Positions 60,635 to 64,000 of a stretch of 64,000 bases of DNA are shown here, in pieces. The DNA lies in NCBI GenBank assembly GCA_963764625.1, contig CAVXTH010000001.1, forward strand, positions 128,001 through 192,000, written 5' to 3'. The notes beneath the pieces were generated by a model that ran no database searches, was not told where the DNA came from, and worked only from the letters and a program-made list of their open reading frames with translations. Every line of letters begins with the position of its first letter. The first letter of the stretch is position 1. Origin of the DNA: Candidatus Krumholzibacteriota bacterium (GTDB taxonomy: Bacteria; Krumholzibacteriota; Krumholzibacteriia; JAJRXK01). The position numbers and the translations under genes were made by a program.

Positions 60635-62332
60635 ATGAAGCGCATGTTCGTTCTGGCACTTCTGGCTCTCTTCCTCGTGGCCAACGCCGAAGCCGCCACC
60701 ATCATCATCATCAACGGCGATGCTGCCGGTGAAGGATTCAACGATCCCACGGCCGCTACGCCGGTGGGAGGAAACGCCGGGACCACCATCGGTCAACAGC
60801 GTTTGAACGTCTTCCAGCACGCGGCGGACATCTGGGGATCGATTCTCCCTTCGAATGTGACCATTCGCGTGCACTCGAACTTCGATCCTCTTACCTGCAA
60901 CGCGAGTAGCGCGGTCTTGGGCGCCGCGGGACCCCGAACATCTATGCGAATTTCCCCAATGCGGAATTTTCTTTCACCTGGTACCACCCCGCGCTGGCCA
61001 GCAAGCTCGCCAATCTTGATGTGGACTCCGGGCAACGACGACATCGTTGCCCAATTCAACAGTTCGGTCGACAACAACAACAACTGCTTGAGCGGGACCA
61101 ACTGGTACTACGGCTTCGACGGCAACGAGGGCAGTGACGTCGAGCTTTTGACCGTGATTCTGCACGAACTCGGACACGGGCTCGGCTTCTCCGAATTCGT
61201 CGACCACACCACGGGGCAGTGGGCGAGCGGGTATCCGGACCTCTTCAGCCGATTTCCTCTTCGACGAGACGCAGCAACTGACCTGGCTCCAGATGACCGA
61301 CGCGCAACGCGCGGCCTCGGCTATCAACACCGGCAATCTGGACTGGAACGGGGATGCTGTCACCTTCATCGCTCCATACTACCTGCAGTCACCCATCGTC
61401 GTGCAGGTGACCACGCCTCCGGCCATCGCGGGTACCTTCACGGAGATCGGGGCCGCGCTCTTCGGTCCGCAGATTTCGAGTTCCTATTCGGTGACCGGAG
61501 AGGTGGTGCTCGCCGACGACGGAGTGGGAACCAGCAGCGATGCGTGTTCGGGGCTCGTCAATGGCGCCGCCATCTCGGGCAAGATCGCACTCATCGACCG
61601 AGGGACCTGTGCGTTCACGGATAAGGCGCTCAATGCGCAAGCGGCGGGTGCGATCGGAGTGCTCATCGTCAACAACACTTCCCCGGGCGTCATCAGCATG
61701 TCAGGGTCCGCTCCGGGGCTGACGATTCCCGCGCTGATGCTCACTCTCGCGGATGGGAACTCCATCAAGACTCAGCTCGGAATGGCGCAGACCGTGAATG
61801 CTTCCATGACGGTCGACTCCTCTTCTCTGTCGGGAACCTATCCGGGAAACGGCCGTGTCCTGGTCTACACCCCGAACCCGCTGGAGCCCGGGTTCTTCGG
61901 TTTCGCACTGGGACGTCAGCGCGACACCCAACCTCCTCATGGAGCCCGCCATCAACAGCGATCTGCATGACAACGTCGATCTGACCCGTTACGCGTTCGA
62001 GGACATCGGCTGGTTCGACGTACGCGCGTACCGCGAGCCCTAGCATTCCGGCCGCGCGCACTCAGCTGGAGGGGAACGTCCCGAATCCCTTCAACCCGTC
62101 CACCAGCATTCGCTTCACTCTGGCCCGCCGCGGCGAAGTCAGTCTGAAAATCTACGACGACTCCGGACGTCTGGTGAAGAATCTCTATCAGGGATTCCTC
62201 GATGCCGGTCCGCAGTCGGTGAAGTGGAACGGCCGCGACGATGCGGGGCAAACCGTCGCCTCGGGCATCTACCACTACACCTTCAAGACCGGCGACCACT
62301 CCGAGAGCGGGAGAATGGTCCTCTTGAAGTAG
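60635..62332 (+). CDS. Secreted PA-domain zinc metallopeptidase with C-terminal FlgD-Ig/T9SS-CTD-like domain (about 5 frameshifts)
   Basis: GEGFNDPT...PVGGN.GTT.GQQRLN, LHELGHGLGF (HExxH), PA domain GKIALIDRGTC.F..K..NAQAAGA, SSVSHWD, NLLMEP; tail NVPNPFNPSTSIRF...IYD.SGRLV..L...WNGRDD.G..VASGIY...MVLLK. Confidence 0.85.
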
Positions 62333-62339
62333 ACGAAGA

Positions 62340-62375
62340 CGCGCGGAGGCGGAGTCTCTCATTCGCCTCCGCGCG
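62340..62375. terminator. GC-rich hairpin between convergent genes (possible bidirectional terminator)
   Basis: CGCGCGGAGGCGGA-N8-TTCGCCTCCGCGCG overlapping the stop of the minus-strand gene; weak U-tract. Confidence 0.55.
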
Positions 62376-64000
62376 CGTTCTCTGCTTGTTTCAACTCCGC
62401 CACCAGTTGCATCAGGGCCTTCGCGTCGGCGCGTAGTTTCATGGAATAACGCGCCCCTCCGACCATTCCAGCGTAGCGGATCTCCACCGGAGGTTCGGCC
62501 TTGATCTCTATGTCCTCTTTCCCTTCCATCACCGAGTAGATCTGCAGCAGCTCACGAGCCAGTGCGCGAAGTTCGATGCGCGACATCACCTGCACTCCAC
62601 TCCCGGCCCAGGACTGCAAACTCTCCAGTCTTGCCGGTTTTGTGCCTCCTTCGCCCGCAAAGCGCTTCAGCACTTCGTCCAGCTCCGGTCCGTCATCGAG
62701 CAGACAGAGGAGAAGGCGGTTTCCGCGTGCAACCAGATGGAGCCGGGGCAGGAGATGCTCGGCAAAGTTGGCGGTTGCCGCGAGCTCCTCGGAAGAAGGG
62801 GCGGCCGTGGTGGAGTCGCCGAGCACCGTCTCCAATCGGTTCGGGTCGATCTCCCAGCTGTAGTCGCGGCGCACGACGCCGTCCTTCAGGGTCGCCTGCG
62901 CGCTCGGAGTATCGAGCTTCACCAGCTGCACGCCCAGGTTTGTCTCGGGAAGACTCATCAAGAGAGCATCGAGCTCGCGGAGAACCGTGCCGGCGTCTTC
63001 CACCTCAGCGACCTGCACGCACTGCAGCGAGCCATCGTGGAGACGCGCCGCGCTAGCCGAGATACCCTGGAGGGAGCGCAGCTTTTCGCTGGCAGCCTTC
63101 AACCAGGCGCGCGCCGTCTCGCGTTCACCCTCGGGGAGGTTTTCCGCGAACTTGGAGTCACCCATCTCGCTGAGAACCGGCAGGTTCTGGTAGAGAAGCG
63201 AAAGGTCGGTGGCGTTGATCGCGATCATCTCGCCGTAATCGGGCAAGTACGAGGCTAACCGAAGCGCATCTTCCAGTGGCGGCTGGGGACCGGCATCCAG
63301 AACCGAGCGGGCGTTGATGTCCAGGGCGAGCGAGAGCTCGAACGATCCCTCGTCCTCTCCCAGAGAAAACTCCAGACTCCGCGCGGAATTCATGAGTGCG
63401 GTCGCGAGCTGATAGGCCGCTTCCGGTGGCGCGGTGCCGCCGGGAGCGTTCGCCGATTTCTGCTGCATCGATTGCATCATCATTTCGATCATCGGACGCG
63501 TGATGGCGAAGATCGTCTCCAGATCGACGCGACCTACCAACTCCCCGCCGGCGAGATTCGAAAGGAGCGCCGGCACCTGTCCGCTTCCGTGAAAGTCCTG
63601 GATCGAAGAGAGCGCCAGGTAGTCTCCCTGGATTTGGGCCGAAGCGAATCCGCTCGCCATGGCCAGGGTTTCGGCGTCGCTTGTGCCCTGAACTATGGGG
63701 ACTAGGAGAGTCACCAGCGGTTCCGGCGCGCCGTAGCTCAAGTCGAGGGTGGCGACGAGGACCATCGGACGCGCCCTATCAATCACGTCCTTGATGCGCC
63801 CCAGGCCTTTGGGGAAGAAATCCAGGACATCCATTCCGGAGGAGGAATCGGCCCCCTGGAAGCTCGCGGTCACGCTCGAGACGGTCCGGGCAACCGCGTC
63901 CAGAGAGGAGAGATACACCACCGCAACCGGGTTTTCCGGCAAGAGCATCAGGGCTTGGTTGGGGATCTGCGCCGGCGGGTTCGCCGCCAGCGAGGCGCCG
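62359..64000 (-). CDS. Hypothetical exported protein, 5' end outside the window
   Basis: Frame is open from the window edge (GASLAANPPAQIPNQALMLLPENP) for more than 540 aa; no motif recognised. Confidence 0.7.
   Translation of the reverse strand, partial: GASLAANPPAQIPNQALMLLPENPVAVVYLSSLDAVARTVSSVTASFQGADSSSGMDVLDFFPKGLGRIKDVIDRARPMVLVATLDLSYGAPEPLVTLLVPIVQGTSDAETLAMASGFASAQIQGDYLALSSIQDFHGSGQVPALLSNLAGGELVGRVDLETIFAITRPMIEMMMQSMQQKSANAPGGTAPPEAAYQLATALMNSARSLEFSLGEDEGSFELSLALDINARSVLDAGPQPPLEDALRLASYLPDYGEMIAINATDLSLLYQNLPVLSEMGDSKFAENLPEGERETARAWLKAASEKLRSLQGISASAARLHDGSLQCVQVAEVEDAGTVLRELDALLMSLPETNLGVQLVKLDTPSAQATLKDGVVRRDYSWEIDPNRLETVLGDSTTAAPSSEELAATANFAEHLLPRLHLVARGNRLLLCLLDDGPELDEVLKRFAGEGGTKPARLESLQSWAGSGVQVMSRIELRALARELLQIYSVMEGKEDIEIKAEPPVEIRYAGMVGGARYSMKLRADAKALMQLVAELKQAENARGGE

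Noticed and set aside
60900-62040. Programmed frameshifting or phase variation in the PA peptidase and other split genes
   Set aside because: I saw no consistent slippery heptamers or long SSRs, and breaks are scattered across unrelated genes; sequencing error is simpler.
1-64000. CRISPR arrays, tRNA/rRNA genes (including tRNA-Sec near selD), IS elements, integrases, prophage genes
   Set aside because: I found no spaced direct repeats, cloverleaf/T-loop signatures or transposase, integrase or phage motifs by eye; a covariance-model scan would be needed to exclude small RNAs.

Overview
GC-rich bacterial chromosomal window of about 50 genes, with no rRNA, tRNA, CRISPR array or mobile element that I can support. 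Two secreted proteins carry a C-terminal 'PNPFNP' FlgD-Ig/T9SS-CTD-like tail. Together with two Omp85 paralogues, this suggests a diderm FCB-related lineage such as Krumholzibacteriota/Latescibacterota/Eisenbacteria (inference only). At least 13 otherwise intact genes are split by indels, most likely uncorrected long-read errors. Main content: an 11-gene nuoABCDHIJKLMN complex I operon lacking nuoEFG, divergent from ArsR-DUF2087, rlmH and a thioredoxin-like [2Fe-2S] ferredoxin; selD with an in-frame UGA (Sec) and a SECIS-like hairpin; a NYN (LabA)-S1 fusion with an Asp->Asn active-site change, behind a structured 318-nt intergenic region; a family-5 solute-binding protein joined to a hybrid histidine kinase and a CheY-like regulator instead of ABC permeases; a membrane-anchored YhaO/YhaN (Mre11/Rad50-like) pair; a MORN-repeat/GT-C-like membrane fusion; several secreted hydrolases with sigma54-like promoters; and a recurring TAAG-N17-CTTA intergenic motif. 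All calls come from reading motifs by eye; no database search was run.
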